This document shows positions 22,135 through 36,724 of a stretch of DNA of 64,000 bases, piece after piece (the first letter of the stretch is position 1; every line of letters begins with the position of its first letter). Source of the stretch: Chrysomallon squamiferum (lineage: Eukaryota > Animalia > Mollusca); NCBI GenBank assembly GCA_012295275.1, contig CM022674.1:17422001-17486000 (forward strand), read 5' to 3'. The notes below the pieces were generated by a model. That model searched no databases and was not told where the DNA came from. It saw only the letters and a list, made by a program, of their open reading frames with translations. The position numbers and the translations under genes are program-made.

Positions 22135-22693
22135 GTTACATTGTATCATATATATGAATGATATAGTATATATGAATTAATGAATTAATGAATTAATGAA
22201 TTAATGAAAAAATGAATCCACTTACATAAAAACACATACAAACGTACACACATACGTACATGCATTCATATATACATACACATATATATATATATATATA
22301 ATACAAACATGTACATAGATAAATATGTATGTTCGTATATAATACTACTGATATACTTACCTACCCAGTCCAGTGTAATTGTTTCAAGTTCTGTGCACGC
22401 TGGACTAGCAGCCTGGAGGAAAACGAAAATATTAAAACAAATAAAAACGTAAACATCAAACCTCATCAAATCAAAACATCTGATACTTGCAATGAAAAAC
22501 AAGAAGAAAAAACATACTATGCAATCAAAAGCTCTGATACGTACCCATGAGAAACCTATGCAGCCAATGGCATCGGATAACATATCTCCAAGGATGGATG
22601 GATACGAATTACCCGCAGGAAAATACGCGTGGAAGTCTGGATGCTGCCAGTGAGTAATCTGAAATATAAAGCAATGTGAAATACAAACACAAA

Positions 22694-22744
<51 letters not shown>

Positions 22745-23095
22745 CACACACACATGCACACATACACATATACTTATATAAATATACACGTGTATTATAT
22801 TCATTGATATACATATACACACACAGACACATCACACATATACACACACATATAGACACTCAGACACATATAGATGCACAAAAATGTATCTCACCCCAGG
22901 CATTATTGCTCGTTCAACATCCTTCATTATTTCTTCGAAATCTTCGCCTTTGTTCGGAGCGTTTTTCGGAAGTAGTTCCCTTAAATATCCGGGTTCGACG
23001 TCCGGTGTAACCTTGTGCAGATGCAAGTTGTCCATGTAGTCCGCAATATAGTCCACAAGGATTTTGCCACGTTTTCTAAATTCTAACGATTCCAT
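17205..23095 (-). CDS. Tdc: Tyrosine decarboxylase (group II PLP-dependent aromatic amino acid decarboxylase), 13 coding exons
   Basis: Exon 1 23095-22895 ([11 protein letters not shown]...VEPGYL), exon 2 22658-22545 ([26 protein letters not shown]). Later exons give [66 protein letters not shown] (PLP lysine), [33 protein letters not shown]. Exons join in phase. The Tdc-type C-terminal motif LFLKMVSDPK lies just beyond the TAG at 17205-17207. Confidence 0.9.
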
Positions 23096-23111
23096 TGTTA
23101 TCGAGCTTTGA

Positions 23112-23166
<55 letters not shown>

Positions 23167-23169
23167 TAA

Positions 23170-26066
23170 TAAATCGAATTTAAAGAAGAACAGAGAAATA
23201 AAGAAGATATGTGTAGAACATACCCTCAGATTATTAAACAAAATGAAAAAATTACTTACAATCAACAAATTCTAACCTGGATCCCTTTTAAAACTTCAAA
23301 ACAATAAGTCTTGTAGACAAGGAGCAGACGAGTTTTATATCAGCTCACTTTTAAGGTGAAAGCGAAAAAAGAAATTAGGTTGAGATCACAACAAGACCAA
23401 GAAAACCCAGAAGTTGTTTTGCATATTTTGCAAAAGATGTTTAAAGTTAGATCATCAGTGCAGGAACTTCGAAATTTATTTTTTGATCGATCACAGAAGG
23501 AAGATGAATCACTGAGATGATTCTGTTACTGTCTAGAGTGTACAGAAAAAACGCAGTCTCATACTGTTTCCAGGAGAGAATTTGCCAGAACTGTTTCTGA
23601 CTGTCCTGTATTTCAAGTGCCCGTCGTAGGTGTGCAAGTTGATTTTGTTAAATACTGGGTCAGTAGTAAACGAGGATTTCTTACACAATAACGTTGCTCC
23701 ACTGTGTATACTGAGTTCCTTACAAAACAAGGATGGCTCTCGCTTCAGGCTGCCAGCGGACACGATATTTCCTTCAATGAATATATTAACTTGAACATCG
23801 AAGAACAAGGCAGTTTAGTTCCTGATAGAGGAATCTTTGCTGTGAACAGACACAAAAACGAATCCCACGTCTACGGAGGGAACAAGTAGCATGTATATTA
23901 GGGATGAATGTTATTAGCCAATGTGGAGAAGTGTTTGCTGAAGACCTTGGTAATGATGTCTTAAGGAAATTGACTAACAGGCCTCAACATCAGAGCTGGA
24001 GAACTAGTCTACAGACAGTCTAATAGACGAAAAGTGTCTTAGATTCAGTCTGAATAATCTGATGTATTTGCTAAAGATGGCCTTGATTTGGGCTTTTCGG
24101 ACACAGTACAAAATCACATACGCACAGACATACTGAAGAATTTCATCCATTACGTATCAGGAAGTTCAAGAGCACATCAAGAAATATATAAAACAAGATG
24201 TAATTCGACCTAGCCAAAGCCCATATGCATCTCCTGTTGTTATAGTGAGAAAAATGGACAGCACAATTGGTTTGTGTATGGACTACAGGCTGCTGAAAAC
24301 CACTGTATTGGATATGGCCAATGGATACAACCAGGTTGCAGTTCAGGATAAAGACAAGGACAACACAGTTTTCACGACTCCAATGAGTTTGTTTTGATAC
24401 AGTCCAATACCTTTTGATTTACCAACAGCACCAGCCACATTTCAAACTCTCCTGAAACATTACTTCAGAGAGCTGACATTTTAGATGTTCCTGTACTTTC
24501 TGTATGGTACTGTTGTTTATGTAAATTTATTTGATGTGCACATACAGAGACAAACACAGGTATTATAATATTAAAACAGCATGGGTTCAAACTGAAACCA
24601 ACCAAATTCTGTTTACTTATGAAAGAAATGAAATATCGAGGACATATGGTATCTAGAGATGGGGTAGCTACAGATCCAGACAAAATAAAAGCAGTTGCTG
24701 AATGGAAAATTCCAAAGACAGCAAAGGACTTCATGTTGTTTTTCGGGTTTACCAGTTACTATAGACGACATGTTAAAGGATGCTTACATATTGCAAGACC
24801 TTTGAATTCTTTGGCGAACAGGTTACGAGATAAGAAAAATCAATCATTGTTAAAGAGTGCTTGGCATGAGAGTTGTCAACAAGCTTTCGAAACATTAAAA
24901 AAAAAAGTTAACTTCAGCTCCAATCGGTGAACCTTTTATTCTGGAAACTGATGCATTTTTTCAAAGCCCTGGACGGGTAAAGTCAAAGGAGAAGAAGGGG
25001 CAAAGAAAATTAGCTGCTTATGCAAAGCCGCTTGTTAAGACCCACTGAGAAGAGCATGAATAATTACAGTTCCATGAAGTTAGAGGTCGTTGCTCTGAAT
25101 TGGGTTGTGAGTGAACAGTTTAAAGAGTATCTTCTTGGACTTAAATTTACCTATATCCACAGAACAAACCACACAGTCTTTTTAGTATCGTAAAATTAGG
25201 AGCAGACGCGGGTGTCTTAGCTGGCACCATTTAATTTCGATGCGAAATATTGTTCAGCGCAGCACAATAAGAATGCCTATGGACTATACAGGAAGACATT
25301 TCAAGGAAAGACGTCTACTTAAATGGAAGCTGCTTTGACAGATACTGCTACTCATAAGGAAGTTCTACAAACAATCAGAAAAGTTTTCCAGAGTGATGGA
25401 AGAAAAGTCACTTAGGCAACTGTCATAGCTGAAGAGTTTAATGAAATTATGGAAGTTACAACAACATTTCACAGCTTATTGATTTTCTTGTATAGCTGAG
25501 GAACAGAAACCTCCAGGACAGGAAAAAGATTCAAGACCACTGAGAAGTTAAATGTTCACAGAGTCACTGAAATGCTGGATCACCATGGAAGGATATAAAA
25601 AGGTGCTTTTGATTGGGGTTGAACATCAGTCAGACAATGCCAGAAATAACCATCATCGAGTGAGGATGATGATCCAAATCAATTGTTGGCAAATAATATA
25701 ACAGCACCATATCATGCACAAAACGTTCCGTAGGTCAGCGTACAACAAAACGTACAAATAGAAATCCATATAACATGAAAACGTGCAGGTCAAATATGAG
25801 AAATTTGTTCCATTTACATAATGATAATGTTTTGATCAGACTTAGTGTTACATTAACGCTACAGAAAATTAAAGACGTAAGCAGTGTTTTGAGTCACAAA
25901 AATACCTAATAACATGGAATTCCAACACGATAAGTATAATAGATTAAGGCAGCAGCAAGTCTAGCTGATCTGTCATTTATCCTCAAAGAGCCGACTGCTA
26001 TGCTCATGACAATGACTGAAATGATATCTACTTCAAACACAAGTATTTTAGTTTTCTTTTTCTTTT

Positions 26067-26124
<58 letters not shown>

Positions 26125-26480
26125 TTTTTGTGTTTTTTGTTATGGTATTTGTAGATTATACTTTATAACATTATTTCTCTATGTTTAGACTTAAAGAACT
26201 TGGAACATTCCTCAAAGAGACGTCGGATATTAATGTATGGGAAACACTGTCACTGGGGCTGTCTTAACGAACAGTAATAATATGTTACTATTGGTCAGTG
26301 GTGTGGGATGTTATCTGTGTGACTGGGTTAAAAGAGAGTTCAAGAAAGAATAGAGAATATCTGGCAAGAGAGAAAGAAGTTTTGGCCAATTCTCTTCATT
26401 ACAATTTGGAATTTATTATTAATAATGTTCTACTATAATTGTCTATCATGTAGAATCCTCAAGAGAAATTAAATATACAA
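23170..26480 (+). mobile_element. Degenerate Ty3/Gypsy LTR retrotransposon (protease/RT/RNase H remnants) immediately upstream of the Tdc start exon
   Basis: SPYASPVVIVRK...LCMDYRLL, LDMANGYNQV, PTAPATFQ, YRGHMVSRDGVATDPDKIKAVAEWKIP...FTSYYRR, FILETDA, NYSSMKLE..ALNWVV. Many stops and deletions. End points are approximate. Confidence 0.85.
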
Positions 26481-26540
26481 TCGAGATCCAACTTGTGCAG
26501 TTTTTGTGATAGGATGCATATGACGATGGCGATGATGATG

Positions 26541-26598
<58 letters not shown>

Positions 26599-26642
26599 CA
26601 GCAGTAGTAGTAGTAGTAGTAGTTGCTGTTCTTGTTGTTCTA

Positions 26643-26673
<31 letters not shown>

Positions 26674-27439
26674 AATAGGAGAAGTGCTAAAACCGAAAAA
26701 AAATCATAATAATAATAACACTGATGATAACGACGACGACGATGATGATGATGAAGACGAAAAATAAGAAGAAATAAACAAGAAATATGAAAACAAAATT
26801 ATCAACATAAAACCAGCAGCAATATCACGGCACGAATACATAATTACAAACATTTTGAAGTTAATCTTCAGTATTTTAATTTAATTATAAAGCTAAAATG
26901 CCAGTTATAGAAATATTAAGCTGTGTGCTGTGATTATTAGCTGCATATGATAATCTAGGAAAAATAGAATAAACAAAATACAATATTTTCATTATTTTAC
27001 AGTACGTATTCCCCGATATATGGTGTATTTTTTGTGTATGTATAGGTATTTCTGTGTATATGCGTCTGTCTCTATCCATCTACCTACCTACCTGTCTGTC
27101 TGTGTGTCTGCCTGTCTATCTGCACGTACAACTGTCACACTATATGTTTGTACATATATATTATTTCATTACGTTATTGTCTCTTTCTCTTTCTGTATGT
27201 ATATTCTCAATTTACTTGTAACTATAGCTATGTATATATGTATTTATTTGTGTATTATTATTTGTTTGATACATACGTAATACAATCTCTCTCTTTCTCT
27301 CTATATATATTCATCAAAAGTGTATGATAAAATACTAAATTATTCTGATTATTTTGTTATGTCTAACTGTTCAGTTACTTGTACTTGACAATAAACTAAA
27401 TATGTTCAGTAAACACACTCCACTGCTCATCTACATAAC

Positions 27440-27500
27440 GACAGCTGCGCGTACGCGTGGCTGTGTACTGAGATAGCGCAAATATGTTACAATGACGTCA
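27440..27500. promoter_or_regulatory. Candidate promoter element (CG-rich patch and perfect CRE TGACGTCA), possibly for Tdc
   Basis: gcgcgtacgcgt at ~27448 and TGACGTCA at 27493-27500 in an AT-rich background. The Tdc ATG exon is preceded by an acceptor-like site, which implies an upstream UTR exon. Confidence 0.3.
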
Positions 27501-28089
27501 TAACATAGAAAGCAGTCATAACTTGAAAAAAGTGAAATATTTATATATAATTATTGTAGGTTTTTAACATATAGTGCTGTAAAATAATATAATATTCACC
27601 ATCAACATACACATAATATGTATAACCATTCATTTAGAAAGAGATGCAAACATATCTATCCATCCATCCATACTTGCATGCATGCAAACATACAGACATA
27701 CACGGATACTGAACAATTTATTTTATTATTTTTTTTTTCGTCTCGATAGCGGAACGGTAACATCATGCGCCTTCAGAGTACGGGCGAATGGGTGTCATGC
27801 GTTCAAGTTTCCTCAGCGGCATCTGACGGAGTTTGTGAGGTCGTGACCGGACTTTGTTTCCAGAGCCAGGGCGTTCCCGAATATTGTCTATGTGCAGAGT
27901 CTAATCAAATGTACATAAGACAGAGAATGAAATACATACCTGCATATATTCACATACAAATACAAATAATATGGAAATACATTGACACATTTATAAATAT
28001 ATAATTTTTGTCTAATTTAACACAGATGTTAACATTTCAAAGCTGCAATTATTGAAGACAAAATATAAATAGAATAATAAAAACTACTT

Positions 28090-28800
28090 ACGATGTACGG
28101 AAGACTTTTGCTGGAAGCACAGATGGTGAACACACACATAAACATCAATCCGCTGTATTTCGAATGTGCCGTCTGATTCACTCTGATGTTTGCCACCGAC
28201 GACGTCGACGGCAAACAAAACTGTCCAGCGTGATATTTGACGACGTTTCATGTGTTTCAGGAACAGCATGGTATCCAGATTGCATATGAAACAGATACAC
28301 AGAGCGAAACACGTGAGAATAACAAAAAACACTGCACACCCGTCACCCAGTTTGTACGGAAGGAATCTGCAATGGTCTCCACTTGCAGGACTGTCGTTGG
28401 TGGCTCCTATAGATGGTAAGATCCCCGCTAGAATTGCGAGAAACCAAATCCCTAAGAGTACGAACTTGAGAACTTTGGTGGACCCGTACCACTTTTTGTC
28501 CTTGGGACACCTGAGCAGCGCCAGCCATGAAGACTAAGACACAAAAAAAAAAAAACACGTTAAAATTACACACCTCCTCTGTCCAGTCTACCTGCCCCAG
28601 GTAAATGACCGCAGGTACAGGTAAGAGTAGCACCGGGATTAAAGCCATCGTTACAAACAGCGACAGCAACCCTACGTCGACGCGTGGAAGAACGGCTTGT
28701 AGTGTGAGACGATGACGATGTCGAGGACATCCTAGGACTGGTCAAAGTTGACTCTTAACAAGATCCAGACAAAACTTTATTGGCAAAGCACTAGTTCCCA
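28090..28800 (-). pseudogene. Class A orphan GPCR, GPR153/GPR162-like, disrupted
   Basis: Frame 1 gives DVGLLSLFVTMALIPVLLLPVPAVIYLGQVDWTEEVCNFNVFFFF (TM2-ECL1-TM3 start). After a frameshift or deletion at the poly-T run: WLALLRCP...KFVLLGIWFLAILAGILPSIG (TM4), HCRFLPYKLGDGCAVFFVILTCFALCICFIC (ECL2-TM5). These resemble the GPR153 segments EWNEGLCKVF and GCRFIVAEIGLGF, recalled from memory. Confidence 0.6.
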
Positions 28801-29136
28801 CTTTGAAAAACTGTTTTTTTGTAAATAGAAACTGTTTCTTTTAAATTTTAAAATACAGTATAAAGAATTAGGTGTTTCATTTAAAAGCGGCCATGCTTTG
28901 TGGATGCGAGGAAAAGCGATCGATTGTGTGTTCACGTGCGCGCTGCGCATGCCTAGTAGCTATCAAAATATGTTAACATGCCGTTGATCGCAATAATTGT
29001 ATTGGTCGTTAGCTTCGTTTATATTCAGCGAATTCTCTTTAATTACTTCTTAATTTGGCCTACTTTAAGCCAAATAAAAAATACTGTCATAAAGATATTT
29101 AGGTGACTAAAGATAATAATAATAATAATAATAATA

Positions 29137-29171
<35 letters not shown>

Positions 29172-30076
29172 AATAATAATAATAATAAAAGCGACAACAA
29201 CAATAAATTATAATACCAGGAACGACAACAAAGGTGATAATTGTTACTAATACCCAAAGCAATAATTGTTATTTGGTTGGTTTATAAGTAGACAATATAA
29301 ATATATGTATACTAACATTTCACCTAGTTTGTTAGCTAACGTTGTTATGCACAGTATTTAAGTATATTTATTTGTTCGTAAAGATTATATCATAATAAAT
29401 TATCCTCACGGTATTATATTCATACTTATGCTTATTCATTATATTTCATATCTGCACATTAATGAAAATTATTATTTCAGTACTTTGCTTTCGCATATTA
29501 AAATGTTATTATAATTATTGTTTCACATGGATGAAATGCTTGTCCCTTTCATAATTGAGACCAATATTGTCACTGAAGCGGAGATAATTGAATTTTCCTT
29601 AAACGACTTATCAGTCATTGAAAATCTTCAGCTTATTCCTAACTTGGTTTTATAATTATTAGTTTACATTGTCAAATTGATAATAGTTGGGATGTCACAA
29701 TTATTCTACATACATTTTGTTTTAAATCAAATGTAATTTGTAATTACAAATATCATTTTACATTTTCATACTGATAATGTTAATTGTCACAGAATTCAGA
29801 AGGCGTAACAAATTTATCTTTCAAGACACCCGGCTGTTTATTTTTATGTCATGCAATTAAAATTCCGTAACCAGCTGTTACTTCAATCACATCCGCGCTT
29901 TTTATTTTTGCCGCCAATTTTTCAAATCCATGTTGTCGTTTTAAAAGGGCTCGCATTTGGTAATTAAGGAGAGAAGGAAAACGCCAACACAAGAGCTCAG
30001 TCAGGACGGGAACTAATGTTTTTGAATGACATGGTATTTACGAACCAGTGTGGTAAGCAACTGTCTATTCTTCTTT

Positions 30077-31423
30077 TCAAAACAGAAGATGTCGAATTTT
30101 CCTTAAATTTTTCTTCAGTGAATAGTAGTAGCCTCTCCATGGCCTCCATGTGAATCCTTCACCAAAGAGTTCATTGGTTCCGTTGAGGTACAAACCGTTC
30201 AGATTGGCACAGTGATATTTATTGTACACCAGCCTCTTTTAAATGTGATGGCGAATTTGCCATCGTTGTCCTTTCTAGAGAATCTCATTCCGTTGAATAT
30301 AGCACGGTCTTGTATAGGGTTGATGAAAGCGTCACCTGAAAATGTAATTACTCTTACACTGATTCCACTCTTCATTAAATATAACATTCAAAAATCATTT
30401 AGTTTTTGTAGTTTTCTCTTAAATAAGCCGTTTCAGTGTTGTAGTTACATATATAAATATACTGTTGTATACTGATATAATTATATTTATTTATCTAAAT
30501 ATATTGCTTAATTTACTTACATAATGATATTGGTATTGTTCTACATATGTACATATATATAAAGAATAACTGAAATATAAAAGTGCACATGTAATTATAT
30601 TGTTTTATTTATTTACATATTATTTTATTTTGCTTATAAAACTATTAGTTTCCTCTACATATCTAAATATATTTCTATTTATTATTTTAACTACACATAT
30701 TGTTATATTCTTTTGTTTATTTATATAAATATAGTCTTTTATTTTCATCTATAAATATATTCTTTTGTAGTGATATGTAAATATAATTTAACTCCATTCA
30801 TAATGATCTCTACACAGTCAGATTGAAGACTTTCTGAAATAATAATAATAGTAATTATCTCTACACAGTCAGAGTGAACACTTTCTGTGACAGCAGTGAA
30901 ATTATATATCTCTACAGAGCTAGAGGGAACACTTTCTGTAGAAATAATAATAATATCTACACAATGACAGGGAACACTTAGTGTGACAATATTAACATTA
31001 TATATTTCTACACAGTTAGACGAAACACTTTCTTTAACAAAAACATTAATTATTTCTAAACCGAATACATCATACCATGTGATTCTGTTTCTGCCTCGCT
31101 AACAAACGAAAGAGAATTCAAGTTTTCACTGTACAGAGAACACATGCCGTTGGCGTTGTTATAGATGAACCCTTTACAGCCGACGTAGCTGGAACATTTT
31201 GTGACGCAGTAGAGTTTACTGGACACGTTCAATTATTTTGAAGGATCTTCTGTAGGTTTCTTATCTTTGTACTGTGGTAACTTTCGAAAAGTCTTACGAG
31301 TCCCAAGCTCGGAAGTGGAAAAAAAGAAACAACGATTGTCAGAACTGCTAACACACCGAATATTATCCCGTGGATGATTTTCATTATCGATATTTTATAA
31401 ATGGTATCAGTGCTGAAATTCAC
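30077..31423 (-). pseudogene. PAN/apple + fibrinogen C-terminal (FReD) protein pseudogene
   Basis: PAN exon 31423-31076 is a paralog of 80-395 with a +2 frameshift in an A-run at ~31320. Terminal exon 30335-30077 reads GDAF...FNGMRFSRKDND...GW/YNKYHCANLNGLYLNG...EGFTWRPWRGYYYSLKK..RKIR, the FReD C-terminus, with a 1-nt frameshift at the GWW motif. No middle FReD exons found. Confidence 0.8.
30808..31035. repeat. Degenerate ~50 bp tandem repeat in intron
   Basis: tctctacacagtcagagtgaacactttctgtga-like unit, about 5 copies. Confidence 0.7.
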
Positions 31424-31890
31424 GTATATCTGCTCGGAATTAAATTAATCCACTTATATAAAGAGATTTTAATCGTTATTTCATAGAGCGAAATAAAGTA
31501 TTAATTACTTCTACAAATGTTTCCAAGACACTAACTAGCAGTCTACAAAACTGACCTCTTCAAATTATACTGAGCGTTTGAAACAATCTTCTGTTTTCAG
31601 TCCACAGCATAAATATTTCATCCTTTGTCCATCTACTCGTCTCACTTGGGTGATTAAATTAATAATACACTAACCGTACATAGTTTTTTTTTTGATAAGT
31701 ACTATCAATTTCCTGAGTTTAGCTTATAGAAGCCAAACAGAAAGGTAAATACCTTTATACTTATTAGTAAATTAGACGTCAGAGAAATGATTATTTGAAA
31801 TGTGGTTTGTTTGTCTTTGAGAAATTAATATTTACGCTTGCTGAATAAGCAGAATATCTTGTATTTTGTCTTTCCTTCCTTTTGTTTTGT

Positions 31891-31986
<96 letters not shown>

Positions 31987-32319
31987 GATTTCTTGTTTTT
32001 TTCTGTTTTGCTTCAGGGGTTAGTTTAGGGCGAAATGATTTTCTAATTTTGACTTTTTCTTGGTGTATCTTTGTGGGTTATTTGGTATTCTGAGGGGGTT
32101 CGTTCGTTATTTTGTTTATTTTTAATCTTACTGTATTTGTTCTTCTTTGTCTTCTTCTTCTACATAACGTTTGTGTATGTGCATTGTGTGGGATGAATTA
32201 AAAACAAAAATTCTTTTTTTTTTTCTTTTCCTGGATTTCAATAATCCCTCTGTCTGTCTATCCACCGATGTATCCATGGATCTACCACGTCATACTCACA
32301 GACTCATAAAAAAAAAAGT

Positions 32320-32357
<38 letters not shown>

Positions 32358-32834
32358 ATTATTATTATTTATTTATGTAGAATGGCAATGCGCAGTCAGA
32401 AGAAAACTTAGCACAGTATTCATGGTCAAAATGCAAGTTAGGATACACAGAATATCATAGACATTTTCTAGCAAGGAATTGCACAATTAACATTAGTATG
32501 ATAAATTTGTGTTCAAACGAAAGCTCATCTACATGATTTAAACAATTAGTTATTAAAACTATGTAAACACTGAGTGAAGCCCAACAACATATTAGTTCCA
32601 AAAGCGAGATATCCAAGTGAAGCGTGCATACAACCCATTCTTCAACTGACATCCTGCAATCTTCATCCTGTCTGTTTATAGATGCCATAAAATATGTTTT
32701 AACCTTCTGTTATATGACGTGAGAGTTCCGGCTGAAGATATTTATTTATTTTTAATTTTTTTAATTTGTTTTATTATTATTATTATTTTTTTTTATCACA
32801 ATTATTTGTTATATATATATATATATATATACAT

Positions 32835-33905
32835 ACTCTCCGAAACAAGAAACACAGAATGGTTGATTTCTTAGATAACTGTTGTAAACTGACATATATA
32901 CAAACTATGAATATAATGACATTTGGTGATTCAAACGTATAGCTTTTGTTAGAGTCGCCAAAAAGCAGGTAACACAAAATAAAGGCTATGATCGTGTTTA
33001 TTAGCCAAAACGTCCCCGCATGCAAACCACGTTACAAGTGCATGTTCACGTGCGGCACATGAAACTTGAGGCTTGTATTCGAGCCAGACGGCCTGTAAGA
33101 AGAGTGGTTTTGACTCAACAACATCGTCGACAACGATGTCAGTGGTTTCAAGTGCACAGAGTCTGGCCTCAGTTACGATGGAGAACTGTCTGGTTTAGTG
33201 ACGAGGCTCGATTTCTGCTTCATCGAGCTGTTGAAACATATCCAGTTTAGAGACGTCATGGTGAACATTTTGCTGCCAACTGCATACAGGAAGCGGACAG
33301 ATTTGGCGGTGGTAGTGTGATGGTGTGGGCAGCAATCTCATACACTGGCAGGACCATCCTGGTTCACATCCAAGTCAACTTAACGACACAAAGATACCGA
33401 TTATGAATAATGGTAACGCTGTATTCCAGCACGACAATGCGAGACCACATAGAGCCAGACTCACAACAGTGTACCTACACAACAATAACATTCAAGTCCT
33501 GCCCTGGCCCTCTAAATCTCCGGATTTGAACTCTGTAGAGCCATTTTGGGACGAGTTGGATAGACGACTGAGGCAGCATCAACCACAGCCACAGAATCGT
33601 GCTCAGTTGGCATTATTACTACATACACAGTGGGCTACCATTCCACAAGGTGTAATTCGTAATGTCATTACTGCCATGGGAAGAAGATGTCAGGCAGTTC
33701 TGAAATCCCATGGTAGGCACACAAGGTATTGATATTACATTGTTATAACCTTGAAGTTTAACCTTTTCAGTGTAATACCATCAATTTTAATAAATTGCGA
33801 AAGTGTGTGTAAAATGTGAACATTCTGCTGCTTCCTGTTGATCCATTAGATAAATATTCCCAATGTCAATAAAATCTACGTTTGCGTTTCGTTTTTGTTG
33901 GAGTA
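32835..33905 (+). mobile_element. Tc1-family (DD34E) transposon remnant
   Basis: RARRPVRRVVLTQQHRRQRCQW...VWFSDEARF, GGGSVMVWAAIS, FQHDNARPH...LPWPSKSPDLNSVEPFWDELDRR. Degenerate TIR-like ends (tactctccgaaacaagaaacac / gcgtttcgtttttgttggagta) next to TA runs. Confidence 0.9.
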
Positions 33906-34048
33906 TATATATATATACACTTTATGTCTGTGTATGTGTGTGTGTGTGTGTGTGGTATATATGTATGTAAGTATTAATATATATGTGTATGTGTGTGCGT
34001 GCGTGTGTGTCTGTACGCGTACATAAGTAGGTATTAATATGTAAGTCC

Positions 34049-34129
<81 letters not shown>

Positions 34130-34526
34130 CGTGCGTAAGTAGGTATTAATATGTAAATCCATACTTACAAATTTACTGTTTTTTATCACTGTTAGAAATA
34201 TCCTAAGGGATTAAATAAAAACAAATTGTTAACAATACATTATTATAAACAATGATTAAGACCTGACCGAACTGTATTCAAATAAATAATTTATCTTTCT
34301 TTACCTGTTTTGTTATTTTTAAAATTGACTACACTGATCAGTCTCTATATGATCATCCACTGAACTGAGTCACGTGGGATGAATTGAAATAACTTTCCCA
34401 GCTTTGATTTGTCTTCAAAGCGATCTCGTTATTTAAAATATTCATGTGTTTTTGTTTTTTTTCATATAAACTAGATATTTCGTTTAGAATCAGCCTGAAA
34501 TATATATGTATGTATATAGACATATA

Positions 34527-34558
<32 letters not shown>

Positions 34559-34899
34559 CATGTGTTTATTTATTATGTTTAGTAGTATTAGTAGTGGTAG
34601 TGATAGTAGTAGTAATAGTAGTAGTAGTAGTAGTCACATTAATATCATCATTGTTTGGTTACTATGAGGGTGGGGTCCAGACGGTATTTTGATCTGGGGC
34701 CCAAGAGCTAAGAAGGGTCCCACGTCTACCATGCGTATGCTTGTTTCATTCTGTTATTTCTGATTCTGAATTTTGAGAAAAATCTTTGCCTGTCTCGGGG
34801 CCCAAAAGGGGTCTCGTATAGCCTTGCAAAATTTCTCTTGGAGGCCCTGCTGTCAACCATCTCCATAATTTCAAACTCTGGCAGATGAAGGAATGGGTA

Positions 34900-36080
34900 A
34901 GCTAAGGTAATGTCAACTGAAAGTATAAAACAACAACATCCGACCACCATTCAAGTTTTCTCAGTTAAAACGTGGAGCAGTAAGAAAGTGAAAAGCTGGT
35001 TACTGAAAAACAATATTACAAGGTAATGTTCTTAGAAGCAGGAACTGGAGATTAGGTTTTCGAATTTATTTTTTGATGATAAGAACAAAGTACATAAATG
35101 TACTTAATGTAATTTCAATATATTGTTTTAATTTGTTAATAGAATCCACACTTTGCTAACAATAAATGTTTTAAGCTGGTATTATTCTGTTGTAAAAATA
35201 TAGTCCAAGCACATTTTGTGTGGATCTAAATGATTATTGCAATGACTAACCTTTGTTAATAATAAATTATGATATCAGAATTATAATTCTATTCTTTACC
35301 AATATTATCGCATTTATTACTGACTGTGCAAAAAAAAAAAAAGAAGAAAAAAACGCTTTCTGGACTAAGGATATGACTACTTTTTAATGGTTTATTCAGT
35401 CTGTTATGTTTTATTTAGATATTTTAACAAAAAAGTGAAAGTATGTTAGAAGATTGATTAAGCAGACTGTGTAGTAATTTTACATTTCTATCATTCATTC
35501 TGAATAAAAGTTAATGCAGAGATTTGATCTGAGAACTTGTTAGATGAAAGATGTGGATTAATCATAATAGTACTGTTGAAATGTGAAATTTGGTGTGGGT
35601 GTGTGTGTTTCCTTTCTCACAATATTGTGCTCATATTTCAGTCATTTATTTCTGGGGTTTTTATACATTTTATTTTAGTGAAAGTCTTCACACTTTGTCA
35701 GAAAAGGAAGTGATATTTTTAAATAAGTAAAACGGCAGCTAAACACACTGAACCTTTTTTCAATAATTTAATATTAGTACAGTGAAAAGACATTTTTAGC
35801 TTCATCCTTGCAGAATGGTTCATGATTGATTGTAGTAAGTTAGGAAATTTCACAAAATATACAGTATCTCAGGGAAAAGCAAGAATGTTTTTTTTTTCTG
35901 CTTTTTCTTATTATTCTGTGACTAACTGTATTAGTCATTTTATTTTGTAATTGAAATATTATCTTTAATTCAGGCAGTTGAGTTTTCCTATCAGACTGAA
36001 GACTGAACTAAAACTGAAGTCTATAAACAGCATCAATGATATCACTAATCGTCTCAAAATTATTCAACAGCAAAGATGAT
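34900..36080 (+). pseudogene. Possible SAM-like domain exon fragments
   Basis: VKTWSSKKVKSWLLKNNIT ending at the donor AG|GTAATG (~35022) resembles a SAM helix-1 motif. Candidate downstream exons at ~35679 and ~35973 are degraded. Confidence 0.3.
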
Positions 36081-36245
36081 TTTTCTGTCGCTTCTTTTTA
36101 TATAATCTCTGTTTCTAACCTTATTTGAATTTATTTTCTGTCTTACTCTTGGTTTATTTGTTTCCATCCATTTAGTTTCTCTTGAGTGCTTTTCTTTATT
36201 GCCATCAGGGTTTTCCTGGGATTATTATTATTATCATTATTATTA

Positions 36246-36335
<90 letters not shown>

Positions 36336-36724
36336 GTAGTAGTAGTTGTTATTGTTGTTGTTGTTGTTGTTATTATTATTTTATATAATTACTGTTATTA
36401 TGGTTGTTATTTTGTTATTTTATTTTATTTGTTTTATTACTGTTATTTATAATGCATCACTACAGACTGTATGACAAAATTCATTAAAAAAAACCCACAA
36501 AAAAACCCTGCTGAAATGTAATGCATGTCAGCATCAAATCTCCTGCTAGAATCTGATTCATGTGATGATAAATCTTTAACATTTACAACTAGTTCACTTT
36601 TTTTTTTTTATTATTATTAATTTTTTTTTTCGTTTGTGTTTTGTGATGATAATTCGGTATTTCTTTATCAGTTTCTTGTCTGTATAAAAATGTTTGAATA
36701 TTTAGGAATACACTTATTCGTTAG

